A stretch of 64,000 nucleotides of DNA from Octopus vulgaris (Eukaryota): contig OX597828.1 in NCBI GenBank assembly GCA_951406725.2, positions 10,726,001 to 10,790,000 of the forward strand, read 5' to 3'. The position numbers and the translations under genes were made by a program. Each line of letters opens with the position of its first letter. The stretch's first letter is position 1. Positions 40,983 to 56,216 of this stretch are shown here, one piece after another. Under the pieces are notes generated by a model, which was not told where the DNA came from, ran no database searches, and saw only the letters and a list, made by a program, of their open reading frames with translations.

Positions 40983-41608
40983 TATATATATATATATATA
41001 TTCGTCTAATTATCTGTGGTATATGTATATCTAAATATATGTATATATTTTTTTTATAATACATAATGTTTACAAGTAAGCGTTGAGACTGAAAGGCTAT
41101 AGGGCATAAATTATCGCCCCTTCGGTTAAAAAAGCTGGCAAATTATTTGACTGAGACAAATCTGTAATCCTGATGTAATTCTATAATGATGTTTAATGCT
41201 GGTAATGCGTTTGAGCATGTGGCAATATCACAATCATGTAAAGCTATTCAAATATTCTCACCAGATTTTTCTCGGAACCGAATTAATTATAATTGCAAAT
41301 ATTAGCAACTCAATTAGAATAAATTAATTATTCCAAACCAGCGTTGATACAGAGATAACTTGACTTGGCAAACCTCAGTTCCAGCTTCTATCGCATAACT
41401 GAGAGTTGGGTGAAGTGATACATTTTTTTCATCGTTATTGTTTTTATTATTTCACTTTTCTTGTCTGTAATGCGCACCCTCCATGGATATTCGGGTGGAG
41501 CTCTGAATGCGTTGCCTATGCGCCCGTTGTTTTGCTTCTGTTTTGGAATATTCTACCGAATTCATATGACTCCAGGGGATTAATATATGTGTAAATATAT
41601 GCTTAAAC

Positions 41609-41812
41609 CTGGTAGAGTCGCTAGCAAGCCGGGTAAAATGCTTAACTGCATTTCGTCCGCCTTTACGTTCTGAATTCAATTTCTGCCGAGGTCGACGTTG
41701 CCTTTCCTCATTTTGGGGTAGATAAAATAAATACCAGTTGAAAACTGGGGTCCATCTGATCGACTTATCCCTTCCCTCGAAACAACTGGACGTGTACCGA
41801 AATTTGAGATCA
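41609..41812 (+). mobile_element. SINE family C
   Basis: TGCCGAGGTCGAC.TTGCCTTTC..GATAAAATAAATACCAGTTG..ACTGGGGTC core. Confidence 0.75.
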
Positions 41813-42473
41813 GTTGAAGTTATGTATATATATTTTTATATATATATATATATATATATGCTTCAGTCTTGAGATCCCGGCCAGGTATGTCTCTGCATTA
41901 CTTCCTCACACAAAGACACTTATATGAATTATTATTGTTTACTATCTACCTATTCTGATTATCTTTATTTCTCGATCGATATAAATGGACGGTTAGTGAA
42001 TTTCGTTTAATTATCATTATCGACTTTCAGAGCGACAAATCAATCAGGACATGTCCGTCTTTTTGCGAGTCACATAACAACAATACTCGCTCTGTGGATT
42101 ATCATGTCCCACTGCATGAACAATCTATCATAAAACTTTACTGGTCCATCTTTGTACCATTTTAGAGTGACGAAATAGGAGAGTCAACAAAAATTATTTT
42201 GCTGTATTTGATTTGGATCTGTGCCATTCTTAGTTCAAAATCTACTGTAGAAAATTTACCTGACACTCTTCAAGTATTAACGATATAACGAGCCAGTCTT
42301 TATTCATCCCTAAATTTTTCTTGATATGAAAACTTTCACCCCTCAATTTGTTCGTCGATCTCACAATTATGCAAGACCCTTGTTTACCATGCAATATGTT
42401 CTATCTTTCAAGACATTGTGTCTAAAGAGAAATTAACGTAACTAACATCGATAACATCATCATTATTATTATA

Positions 42474-43038
42474 TTGGGTTGTCCGGAAAGTTCATGCCGA
42501 ATTATAGTAGCTTACATTCCGACTTATTTTAGAACATGGTTGAGTCCATAAAATAGGATATGACTACACTTCCATTTAGAGCACAGTGTAAGCTATCTTT
42601 TCGTGGAAGAAGGCTTATGTTCCTATAACCTGTGTTAATTCTGTAACCTTTTAAAATGGAAGATAAAAAAGTTCATTTTCGGCACTTGATGCTTTGGGAA
42701 CCAGAGAAAAATTGCTGCAGCTCGGCTGGGATGTGTTATCCCATCTCTATATTCACCAGATATTGCTCCTTTGGATTTCCACTTATTCAGATCTCTTCCG
42801 AATAGTTTTAATGGTAAAAATTTCAATTCCTTGGATGATGTAAAAAGATATCTTGATGAATTCTTTGCCACGAAACGACCTCAGTTCTGGGAAGAGGCTA
42901 TTTTCAAGTTAAAGGAAAGATGGAGATGCATTGTGCAACAAAATGGTTCATATTTGGTTGATTAAAAATGTAATGGCAAGTATTTATTGACCTTTTTCTT
43001 TCCCTTAAAAATCGGCACGAACTTTTCGGACAACCCAA
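42474..43038 (+). mobile_element. Mariner transposon, internally deleted (565 bp), with TIRs and TA duplication
   Basis: TIRs TTGGGTTGTCCGGAAAGTTCATGCCGA and TCGGCACGAACTTTTCGGACAACCCAA; TA at 42472-42473 and 43039-43040; N-terminus MEDKKVHFRHLMLWE joined to YSPDIAPLDFHLFRSL..LKERWRCIVQQNGSY. Confidence 0.92.
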
Positions 43039-44845
43039 TAGTTTTAGCTGTTGTTAGTGTTCTTCAGTAGCTGAAAGTGTTTGTGTCTTTTATTCCTCCC
43101 TGAGGACAACATATTATTTGTTAATTTTATTATTTTATCTTATTACTAAGCCAACCAAGGTTATAATGGTCTGTTCGAGTGTTTTTGTTCCTCGTCTATC
43201 AGGGAAAACTTTTGAAAGGAGAAGCATATTTTAAATCAGATATTGTTTTCAAAATGGCTTCTACACTTCCATCTTTGCTTTCACACCACAAACAGGAAAT
43301 TTGAACGTAATTTTAAATGTGAAACTCTTTACATTCAGAACCTCCTACACACAATACCACAGAATAACAACCAACAGTAACAGAAACACTAGTCCCAATA
43401 ACAACAATAACAATACCACCACCAACAACAGCGTCATTAACAACTACACAGCAGTTATAACAATAGCAGTAACAGAGGAATTATATCTGAGTAGCATCCT
43501 AAACAAAATCAGTAGCGGGAATGAATGATTCATTGTCACTGCAACAATTCCCCTTCGACAAACGCACATCGGCATTTTGAAGATTCACATGAAAGGAATA
43601 TAAGGATCGTGAAGGAAATATTATCTCCAAGAAATATATTGAAATTGGATGAGTATGGGGAGCATTGTCCGAGTGAGCAGGCCATTTCTGAACATATGCG
43701 TATAGATGAGAGTAGGATGATTAGACGATGGCGCTTGCTGTAGTGTTCAAAGATCCAGTGGATAATTCGTGCTTCCCCTGAGTAGCCCTCAGATCTCTAT
43801 TTTTATACGCTTTTTTTTTTTAGCATATTTCATTGTACCGTCCTGTAATGCCCCCGCAATTTTTGTTCTTATCAATTCTTTTGATTTTTAAAAATTCAAA
43901 TATTACCATCATATTTGTCATTACTAATGTTGCTGTCGATGGGTATGATGATGATGATGATGATGATGATGACAACGACGACGACGACGACGACGCCGAC
44001 GACAATGATAATGATGATGAGTTCCATTAGCGTGGGCCATGTCCATCGTTATAAAATGTTTCATAAATTGATGTCAACGAACTACTGCAATAACTTAAAC
44101 AGACATATGTTTCCTCTGGATTGTATGTCGGAATTTCAGTATCTCGACTCATTATTTCAGAATTATTCTAACATTGGCGTGGGAAATAACTTTAAAGAAA
44201 CAGAAGCAACACATAACCGTGTGGATCCTTATAACTACAACTAAAGAATGGGTAAAGTAATAACCAGGTATTTAATGATTTAATGATATATGCAGCTTCG
44301 TAAAATATTAACGTTCTGAGTAAATGTAAAACATACAGAGCTTTTATGTGGCTGAAAACTGCCTCTTCTGATTCACTCGAGTCAGAATGCGGTCAATAAC
44401 GTACAAGGCTCACTAGGTACGTCATTCATAGTTCTGAAATAGAATTCTGATATATCTTGAAGTCATTAATGATTAAAATGGATCGATTACATGAAACTGT
44501 ATTTAAGCTCTGATTGAGCTGACCTAGTAGTAAAGATTTTCAGGCCTTTACCATCTGTTATTCTATTCTATTTATTTATGCTATATCTCAGTCGGTGTTA
44601 TCCTGTGGCTAGTTGTCTCTGATTTAAGACACTAAGTTGTGTTTAAAGAGAATTAAGCTGTTGTTTTTAGCAGATTAAGCGACTCCCTAAAAGCCCTTTC
44701 GTTAAAGCATTATCTGGGACTAAAATACATACATTCATATTGTGTGGTAGCAGCTACCTCGACAACGACTTGAAAATTTAGAATTACGCAGCATTTACAT
44801 TAAATAAGTATATCAAATGATTTGTGAGTGTGTGTGTGTTTGTAA

Positions 44846-44892
<47 letters not shown>

Positions 44893-45654
44893 TGTATGTA
44901 TGTGTGTGTGTGTGTGCACATATATAAACACACAAAATACGAATATCTCCATTTTAGAAAGAGCAATATCTTTATTGGGAAGTAGATCCTTATTGTATCA
45001 TTAGATTAAGAAATCACCGCACAGCTGTTAATTTCTACTTAACTGGCAATCTAGGTATCTCAGCAATAACAAGAATTTAATGATTATGTTGTCTGTTACA
45101 ATTCTATGATTGGCTATATTGCTAGACTCAATGGTTTCCTAAATAACTTTAAGATTTACCTATTGGCACTTAATTCATTATTAGCGATAGTCACTGACTT
45201 ATTAATGTTTTCAGACATTTTGTCATTGGTTTCACATGAAATATAAAATCCGATATATCAATAAGAAATTGGAATTTTAAGAGAAATCGCCGGCCGACAG
45301 ATGTTTGCAATAATATATCATAAAACAAAGAACTGATTTCTAACTTTAGTTCGGAAACAAATAATAGACTTCGTTTTCAATGTAAATTCAAGAATTTTTT
45401 TTTTGTCTTCGAGTAGATTGGTTATAAATGCTATCTCGAGGGTAATAGCGACACATGTTATAAGAGATGGTGGTATGATTCAGAGATCAAATTAATTCTG
45501 CCGATTTCAGGAACACTCTCCCTTTCTCTCTCTCACTTTATATATATATATATAAAGGGAGAGAGCAAGGGGGTTAGAGATAGACAGAGAGCGAGTGAGA
45601 GAAACAGACAGATAAACACACATATATGAGTATGTATACATACTGAGAGAAACA

Positions 45655-45767
<113 letters not shown>

Positions 45768-46577
45768 TTTTATTTCCATATTCGGATAGACACCATGTAG
45801 TATACTGTTTTAAGCCACTTCACAGTATACGGCCACATGGTCTGAACAACAATACGGATGTATAAGCCACTGGATTTAGTACAGGAATTCCTTTGTGTCT
45901 GTTGGGTTAATATCAAAAGATGTGAAACAAGCGATGGAATTCACGGGATTATTTATATATACGTTTATATATATATATATATATATAATACAAGATGGGA
46001 CAAGAATACAAAACATCCGGACAACTGGGTGATACAAAAAGGGACAACAAAACATCCATATAGATGATACAAAAAAAAACAAGGACGACTCCAATCTGAC
46101 CAGCCTCAAGGAAAAACTAAGCTAAGAGCATTAGATTCCTAGGGAAAAAGCACACACACACACACACACCCACGCACATATATATGTATATATATACATA
46201 CATATATATATATATGTATGTATGCCTTACGAATGTGTGCCCGTGTGTTGTATGTGATTATTTATATATGTATAAACGTATTAAATTGCGATTCAAATTA
46301 ACACGCTGGCGATTAACTGAATTATAACAAACCAGATTTCAATTTTTCGAACACAATGCTAGGCAGTTTTTTGCACGAAGTGCTGATGAGGTTATTACCT
46401 TTATTTCATGTATTTCCTGGAATTGCCCTTGTACATTTTTGTAAAACTATACACAACATTAGAAGACATGAATCTGAGGAACTATGCTAGATACAAATCT
46501 CTCCTTATACTCGTATATGCATATATATGTATATATTTATTTATGTATATATATGTATATGTGTATATATGTGTATA

Positions 46578-46615
<38 letters not shown>

Positions 46616-46669
46616 TATGTACATACCTACATATATATGTATATATACACATGCATATACGGGTACAGG

Positions 46670-47115
46670 ATATAAAAAAATGTTGAACACAATGAGAAAC
46701 GAAAACATAAAACAAAAACATAGAAACGAACTTTATTTCGAACAACGAAAAAAAAACAGAGAAACGAAACATACAACATAAAGAATATTCCCCTTCTTCA
46801 GTTGTCCTTGTTTCATCTGCTCCACGTTCGAAGGCAAGGACAAGACGCGACGCCATTGAAACAGTCCTTCCCGCAAAGGAAATTAAATAAAATTTTGGGG
46901 GTGAAATTGGTAAGAAGAACAGTGAGAGCAAAGCAGTAAAAACAAACGGTGAGGGCTCTTAAGCCGAGACGATAGGAAAAATATTCTGAATGCGATGACG
47001 ACGAGCTCGTGAAGGAGACATTATAAGCACGACCTTTCTTTTCGAAGGTTGTCGGCAGGAAAACAGATTATCTTTCGTCACGCATCATCGACGAGGGAGT
47101 CGAGGAGAAGGAGTG
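46670..47115 (-). mobile_element. Possible PLE 3' relic
   Basis: GC-richer island; minus strand has a pyrimidine-rich tail with CUGAAGA-AGGGG near 46790-46802 and a frameshifted RLG.LKSPH.L reminiscent of PLE endonuclease ends. Confidence 0.3.
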
Positions 47116-47319
47116 TAAATTTAAGTCATAGTATATATATTCATGTAATCCAGTAGTACTTATAACAAAAGCACCTCAATATATCATTCTACAAGACTTT
47201 AGTTCACCTGAGGAGGTAACTTAAATTCTGCATTGATTTGAAAGAATTTTAGCATTTTGCATTAACGCTGACATGTGTGTAATTTATTTATTATGAAATA
47301 TATTAAAATAAATTCAACA

Positions 47320-47732
47320 GGCGCAGGAGTGGCTGTGTGGTAAGTAGCTTGTTTACCAACCACATGGATCCGGGTTCAGTCCCACTGCGTGGCACCTTGG
47401 GCAAGTGTCTGCTACTATAGCCTCGGGTCGACCAATGCCTTGTGAGTGAATTTGGTAGACGGAAACTGAAAGAAGCCCGTCGTATATATGTATGTATATA
47501 TATATATATATGCGTGTGTGTGCTTGTGTGTCTGTGTTTGTCCCCTTAGCATTGCTTGACAACCGATGCTGGTGTGTTTATGTCCCCGTTACTTAGCGGT
47601 TCGGCAAAAAGAGACCGATAGAATAAGTACTGGGCTTACAAAAGAATAAGTCCCGGGATCGAGTAGCTCGATTAAAGGCGGTGCTCCAGCATGGCCGCAG
47701 TCAAATGACTGAAACAAGTAAAAGCGTAAAAG
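47320..47732 (+). mobile_element. SINE family A, full length
   Basis: GGCGCAGGAGTGGCTGTGTGGTAAG head through GAAACAAGTAAAAG tail. Confidence 0.9.
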
Positions 47733-47865
47733 CCTAGATATTTTAAGTTACGAAACAATTTGTCATGACACTTGAATTTTCTTATTGGTAAATAAAGTCT
47801 CATGGAACCATTTCTCTGCCATTTATGACTATATATATATGTATGTATATAGCCCAATATACCCA

Positions 47866-48345
47866 TCATGACTACCCGCCTGATAAGGGTACACCAGACA
47901 CATGCATCACAACCATATGTGCGCGACATGGTGATCTCATAAAAAGATAAACAGCACATGACCTTGCAGGTGGAGCCCAGTTAGAATTTTCTTCAGGTTG
48001 AGTAGCCCATCCCGCTCAAAAGGTCCCTGAATAAGGGTTGTTTAAGGATGTTGAAAGGACCACACATGTTTCCAGAGGTGAATTATTCAAACCCCCAAAG
48101 AATCCCTCTCAACACATGGCTATGATGCTCCCCCACTACTTCTGCTCGTGATCAGAGATGCACATATCGTCAGCCACTAAGGGACATGCTCAACTGGTTT
48201 AAGTCAAACAACTGACAAGCAAATCTGTGGTAATGAGCAGAATATTTGCTGTAGCCCATCTTTTATACCAAGATAAAACAATGTACATGATAACACTTCC
48301 AATCAGTTAAGATCAGAAGCCATGAGAGCCACTGCCTGGTACTGC

Positions 48346-48346
<1 letters not shown>
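47866..48346 (+). mobile_element. Interspersed repeat family E ending in (ATT)n
   Basis: Homologous to 15196-15575; runs directly into a long (ATT)n array, as expected of a retroposon 3' end. Confidence 0.75.
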
Positions 48347-48614
<268 letters not shown>

Positions 48615-48632
48615 GTATTGCTACTATATACA

Positions 48633-48770
48633 TAAGGCCTGAAATTTCGTAGTGAGATCAAGTCGATATGGAAGGCAAAGCTGACCTCGGCAGGATTTGA
48701 ACGGAAAACATAAAGAGCCTGAAGATTTGATGCAAAATATTTTTTTTCCAATGTTATAACTGTTCCGCCA
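48633..48770 (-). mobile_element. SINE family C fragment
   Basis: AAGGCCTGAAATTT and AAGGCAAAGCTGACCTCGGCAGGATTTGAAC match SINE-C. Confidence 0.6.
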
Positions 48771-49774
48771 ATTTACATATTTACGGCAGTGCTCTCCGCG
48801 TGTGTATGGCAGTGTCTTTTGAGGGACGGAGAATTTGTGTTCGTATGTTAAATCTGTTGTTAATGGTTATACGTTTCATTGTTACTTCCGTTATTTCTTT
48901 CGAATACTTATTGTATATAATATACAGTTTAAGAGTTAAATGTGACTTTGTTCATTCAGATCTGATATGGCGATAGACTAACGCACATCAACAATATAAC
49001 AGCAACGTGAAAACTGCATCGCTGTTTCTGCTAGTACAAACAACCACACCGGTGCTACAACCGATACAACACTTTGAGAAAAGCCCTACATCACACCAAA
49101 CTCCACTACACAAACCATCTTCCATTAATTAATGCATCACCGCCACGAAAATAATACAATGGCGACTCCTACAATTATTACAATACAATTCTTTAACCGA
49201 AACCTAATTTCCTTGCCATCTTTGCCGTTGCTACAACTGTTACTGCTACTGCTGCAACAAAACAGCTATGACAACAACTAGCGCCATTTATTTATCTATT
49301 TATTAAATTTATTGTATTTTTTCTCGGTCCTTTATTTTTGAAAAAAAAAAATCAGAATATATTTTTCATCATCAAATAACAAACATTCTTTACACAACTA
49401 AATCAGGATGGAAAATTTTTAAAAGATTGTTAAGATGAAAGTCATTTTGGCATTGTTTTTCGCCTAGCACCGTCCGTCTAGCGAACCATTTACATTCCGT
49501 TTCTAAGTACTGGCTATTTGCAAGCCAATTGTATTCACAGAACAACAGTGGATTCCTATAATTGAACTTATAATTGAACAATAGCCTTTCTTTTTTTCTC
49601 AACGGCAGTTTATGGCGATGTCATAAGGATGCGGACAAAACCCGAACAAAACAAAACACTAACACACAAATACACACGCGCATACAAAACAGAACACGTG
49701 CAAAAATAAATGTGTATCTGTGTATGCATACGAATATGTTTACATATGTATATAAATATGTATAAATATATATA

Positions 49775-49821
<47 letters not shown>

Positions 49822-50492
49822 ATATATATTCATATATATATGTGTATGTGTATATACACCCATATATATATACACATATGCATATATATATACATGCATA
49901 TATGTATATATATTTATATATATATTCATATATATATATATGTGTATGTGTATATATATATTTATGTATATGTAGTTACGTGCATACATATGCATCTGTG
50001 CTCACATACATACATAGGTATACATATGCACGCATGCTTACACACGCACTTATCGTATACACATCGTGAACTAAGAGTACAGGCAGCTGCACATAATGAC
50101 GCACATCAACAGATTCAGTCACACATAGTGAGATATATACATCACATATACAAACAGATTTTTACAAAACATTGTTTGGAAAACAATAAAACAAGGCTTC
50201 CTTGATAAAAAGAAATAAAAACAAAAAATAAATAATTACAAACAACAAAGATATAAAAGAACAGCGAGAATGCCAATAATACAAGACTTACAGTTTCTGA
50301 TAAACATTAACTAAAGAAGAAGGAAAAATAATAATGTATTTTTACAAATATTCTTTTCAACAAATCAGGAAGTTTATAAGTTTTAATATTGATGTGTTGT
50401 ATATATTAGAAAGAAAAGAAAATGTAGGCAAGCGAGAAAGAAACAAAAAAAAGGTTAAGAAGAGATTCAGTGACCGACAGATAGACAGACTG

Positions 50493-50493
50493 G

Positions 50494-50581
<88 letters not shown>

Positions 50582-50644
50582 GAGATAGATAGACATAGAG
50601 AGATAGATAGAGAGACAGATAGATGGATGGAATAGATAGATGGA

Positions 50645-50687
<43 letters not shown>

Positions 50688-50765
50688 CATTGATAGATAG
50701 AGAGATACATAGCTCCATAGATAGTGAGGTAGATGATAGATAATAGATAGATTGATAGATAGATG

Positions 50766-50809
<44 letters not shown>

Positions 50810-50829
50810 CATAGATAGATATATGGATG

Positions 50830-50901
<72 letters not shown>

Positions 50902-51011
50902 CATAGATATATAGATACATAGGTAGATGATAGATAGATAGATAGATGCATAGATGGATAGATAGATAGATACATAGATGGATAGATAGATAGATAGTTT
51001 GATAGGTAGAT

Positions 51012-51082
<71 letters not shown>

Positions 51083-51110
51083 GGATAGATGGATAGATGG
51101 ATAGATAGAT
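50493..51110. repeat. ~600-bp degenerate (GATA)n/(GATG)n array
   Basis: Directly visible; source of the YLSI-repeat ORFs. Confidence 0.95.
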
Positions 51111-51699
51111 AAAGCTAGAGAGAGAGAAAGAGGGAGAGAGAGGGACAGAGAGATCAAGGGATACATATTACAGAGAGATAGAAAAAGAAACAGAGTCAAG
51201 CAAATGAAAAGTAAAGAAAAGCAGGGGGATAAATATTAAGAATACGAATGACGTTAATGGCTAAAATAAATGAAGAACGGGAAATTGCATCAAATATAAC
51301 GACTTGAGCGGCGTTAATAATATTTATTCTAATGTTATTGCTACGCTTGATAAGGATTTTATGAACAGCAACGATAATAACAATAAGAACAAACAATTAC
51401 AGCAGCAACAGCAGCATCACTACCAGCGGCAGCTCAGCTGATGCAGTAACAACAACAACAATAATAACTAAAAATAAATGTTTGTCAATTACCATGGTGA
51501 TAGTGACGACGACGACGACTACGGTGATGATGATGATGATGATGACGACGACGACGGTTAATGATGATAATAAAGAGGTGTCGGGGATTGGAGGAGATAA
51601 GGAGAAGCACGGAGACGCTGGAGACGGAGAGAAAATAATAATAGAAATTACTATGATTACCATCATTATTATAATCATGGTACTTATTATTATTATCAT

Positions 51700-51742
<43 letters not shown>

Positions 51743-51789
51743 TTTCCAATTAAGTTACATGCACATTATATGACCTGCGAGACCAAGGC

Positions 51790-52400
51790 TCTCTATATAG
51801 ATCAAGATTTAACTAAATTATATTGTTGTACTTATAACGTAGGTAATATTTGTGAAAAAGGCCATGAACGTTACTTAACCTAATTTCCCGTATTGGTCTT
51901 CTATCTACTTTAAAATATATTACCAAAGATGTCGCAGGAGAAGAGACGAGTAGCATCCATACCGAGAAATTTTACCCTCTATAGATACCACAGAGTCAAA
52001 CCGAACTTGCATAAAGTCACTCGCAAACATGCTCCAGTCCCAGACACACAGGCCACTTCTTCTGCGTCTGTTTCTTCAAAGGATGCTTTTAGGGCATCTA
52101 CTCCACAGTCGGGATTGTTTCTTGCGCCCCGTGAGCCTTCCCGATTCATATGTCCCTCCTCTTTTCATTAGTGTTCTTGTGCCGAATTCATCAAGTACTG
52201 CACTTATCACTACGAGCAGTCATTCCTTCATTCGCAGAACATCGGGTCGCGAGTACTCCACCACTGATTTTATCTTTCCTGCAGTTCTTGATTTACAAAT
52301 GTTCAAAAGGAAAATTAATGGCATAAATATCACCGGTCCAGGAGGGCTCTGCAAAAGCCATGGTTATCACAGACCCAGTAAGTATATAAGAAATCACACA
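51790..52400 (+). pseudogene. CR1/Jockey-group LINE 3' relic
   Basis: RRVASI..LYRYH and SFIRRTS..FPAVLDLQMFKRKINGI resemble the C-terminal HRR.VA.L..FYRY and SFIPRT..FP..YNLQ.FK..VN motifs. Confidence 0.55.
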
Positions 52401-53094
52401 GTGACTCCTGCATTCAATCCGTTACGTACAGCAGTACAAGCTCGCTCGCCTTTCTATTCTAGAGTCTTAAAATACGACAGAAACATTTTATAAGCATATC
52501 ATTTGTTGAAAACAGCTTTCGAGTAAAAAGGATGTATTGTCATCATTTCAAATGCAGAGAGCACGATATTTAGTTGGAGAAAGTCGCAAGTAATCTCATC
52601 TAGTTGTCATTTGCAGAGATTCAGCATAAAGCTAAGTTCTTCAGTAAGTGTAGTATGAAAGATTAACCTATATTTCTTGCAATACACGCACACAGCAACT
52701 TACAAATAAATAATTATTTTTCATTATGCACGTGAGCTAATGATGAAGGCACAGGTACCGGGCAGTTTGTTGTGTATTTGAACAAAATATTTTCTTTCAT
52801 ATTGCTTTAGCGCTGTGTGGAGACAGTGATGCCACGGAATAGACCCAACGCTTCCTTTGAGTGTCCTAAAGAACAAATAAAAGAGTTTGAGGTAGGATTA
52901 CTCAAAACAGACCCTTGGGTTGGGGGCATGTTGCCTGAGTGATGCAAAGGCATCATCCGCCGGGAGTAGTAGGGATTATCAACAAATGATAGATGCAGGG
53001 ATACGCTGTTACAGCGCATGACCCCATACTACTGCTTCTCTCCGCCTCCTCCTCCTACTACTACTACTAATACTACTAATACTACTAGAGTTTA

Positions 53095-53640
<546 letters not shown>

Positions 53641-53912
53641 ATATGCACATATAGTTACACTTCAAATGTGTACCTCTGTATGCAGGCTATATAATACTAC
53701 GTTTCACCTTAGTAATTTATACTACGGCATACACTCTACTCTTACACTATATCAAACTATACCACACGATGATATCAAGTTTAATTTAAATCATTAATAT
53801 TTATGTTTTTTTAATAAAGAACGCGAATACTTCGTTAGACTTCATCTTTTTTAATCATGTCAGTTTTAATCTATAACATGACACCGTTTACTGCTATGTT
53901 GGTTAGTTTAGA

Positions 53913-54128
<216 letters not shown>

Positions 54129-54162
54129 CATACATACACACTCATGTATTTAAGTATAATTT

Positions 54163-54374
54163 AGTTTCAAATGTTGATACAATGCGAGTAATTTGTAGGG
54201 GAGGGGGAGCTTGATTATGTCACCCCAGGATTCAACAGGTACTTAATTTGTCAACGCCGAAAGGATGACAGGCTAAGTCGACCGCGGCGCTATTCTAACT
54301 GAGAAAGTTAATTCAGTAGAAATGCCGCTAAGCATTTTGTCCGGCGCGGTAACGATTCTGCCAGCTCGCTGCCA
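54163..54374 (-). mobile_element. SINE family C
   Basis: Reverse complement of the GGCAGCGAGCTGGCAGAATCGTTA head and core; GTATAATTTA occurs on both flanks (possible TSD). Confidence 0.75.
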
Positions 54375-54763
54375 TAGGAACGTATAATTTAATAAACTTA
54401 TATATCAAATATATTATATTCAATATTACATTATGTTATATTACATTATGCGCACCGTACATCAAAGGCATATACCTCTTGTTTCTATAAAGAAAAATTT
54501 TTAGCACTTGACTCAACCCTTCCTTTCGGATCACAGGGAGGACCTGAGTAGTTTTCCAGCGCTAATTTTCACAGAGTAACATACAGAGAGGAGAGAAAAA
54601 GAAAGAAAGAAAAGAAGGAAGGCAGGAAGAACGAAAGAAAGAGCTATATTTGAGAGATGAAGGGAAATTGAATAAGAGAATTGTGGGAAACGAGAAAGAG
54701 GGAGAGATTAGTTGACACCAGCTCTCGGTTTCTTTCACAATTATTCAAAGGATAATAGAAATG

Positions 54764-55157
54764 AATATTCTTTTCTACTCTAGGTACAAAGTCCGAACTC
54801 TTTCGAGCGGGGCGAGGTGGCAGTCTATTAGTTCGACCCTAGTATGCAACTGGCAGACTTTGAACTTAGACGTAAAGACACACGAAATATCGCTACGCAT
54901 TTCGCCCGGTGTGCTAACGTTTCTTATTTCTTTATTGCCCACAAGTGGCTAAACACAGAGGGGATAAACAATTACAGACAAAAGGATTAAGTCGATTACA
55001 TCGACCCCAGTGCGTAACTGGTACTTAATTTATTGACCCTTAAAGAATGAAAGGCAAAGTCGACCTCGGCGGAATTTGAACTCAGATCATAAAGACATAC
55101 GAAATATCGCCAAGCATTTCGCCAGGAGTGCTAACGTTTCTGCCCGTTCGTTGCCTT
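54764..55157 (-). mobile_element. SINE family C, dimeric form
   Basis: Head segment (acgaaatatcgc..gcatttcgcc..gtgctaacgtttct) occurs twice, at ~54880-54925 and ~55098-55141. Confidence 0.8.
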
Positions 55158-56172
55158 AAAATAAAGGCATATTCCTTTATTTAACAATCACTGAATATAT
55201 AAAAATCAAATTTGACTTCGGCAGAATTTCAAATCGAAGTACAAATGATATACGCTCTAATCACTCTGCTTATCCATATTATATACTGCTAAATACAAAT
55301 AACATTTTAGTGTTGGCATCAAACAGGAAATACAGAAGATCTACTTACTCCGGATTTGAGGTTAAAAAATAACAAAGCTCCTCGCAATCGAAAACTAGAA
55401 CAAATTATTTCGTATAATTATTGTGATTTGATTTTATTTCAATGACGGAGAATATTTTCTGTTATACTTCAACAGGAAGACTTCTATTTAGAAATCTCGG
55501 TTTTGAGCGGAATCGTAAGTTTAAGAGTATAAGTGCGATAGCACTCTCTTCTCTTCATAGCTTCTGTGAAACTATTTTTGTTGTAAAAATAAAAAGAAAA
55601 AAAAAGAAAAAAAAAAGAAAATTGTTGGCTTTGGAATTTAGCTGATTGCTTTGAACGAGTAAATCAAGACAAAAATGGGTCTGCTTTCGATAAAATATGA
55701 TAGACACTTATTGTAATTTCTTATGACTTGATAACGAGGAAAATTTCACAGCATCTATTAGAAGCTGATCTATTCGTGGCGGGAAACTTTACACTGGCTG
55801 CTGCCGCTGAATCGATTGTCTGAAACAGCAAACAGATTAGCAGTCCAGTCACATGGCCTGCAATCAAATTAGAGGGCCGTACGTATACCATCAACGAAGA
55901 TTACCGTTCGCATTTGTCTTTTTCACTGGGAATCGCAATAGCATGGAATCTAGTTCATCATGGCTTATGCGTGATGCGACTATATTCACTATTCGTAATC
56001 CTAATGGTAGCACTAAATCGTAATTTTGTTAAAGCTGATAATAGATAAAAGTAATTCTTGTAGATTTTGAAGCAAATGCCTCCTCATTCAAGAATCTTAG
56101 CATGATGAACACACATAATAGATCGGGAAGTGAAAAAAAATTATGCATTTATGCAATAACTAAACTAAAGTT

Positions 56173-56216
<44 letters not shown>

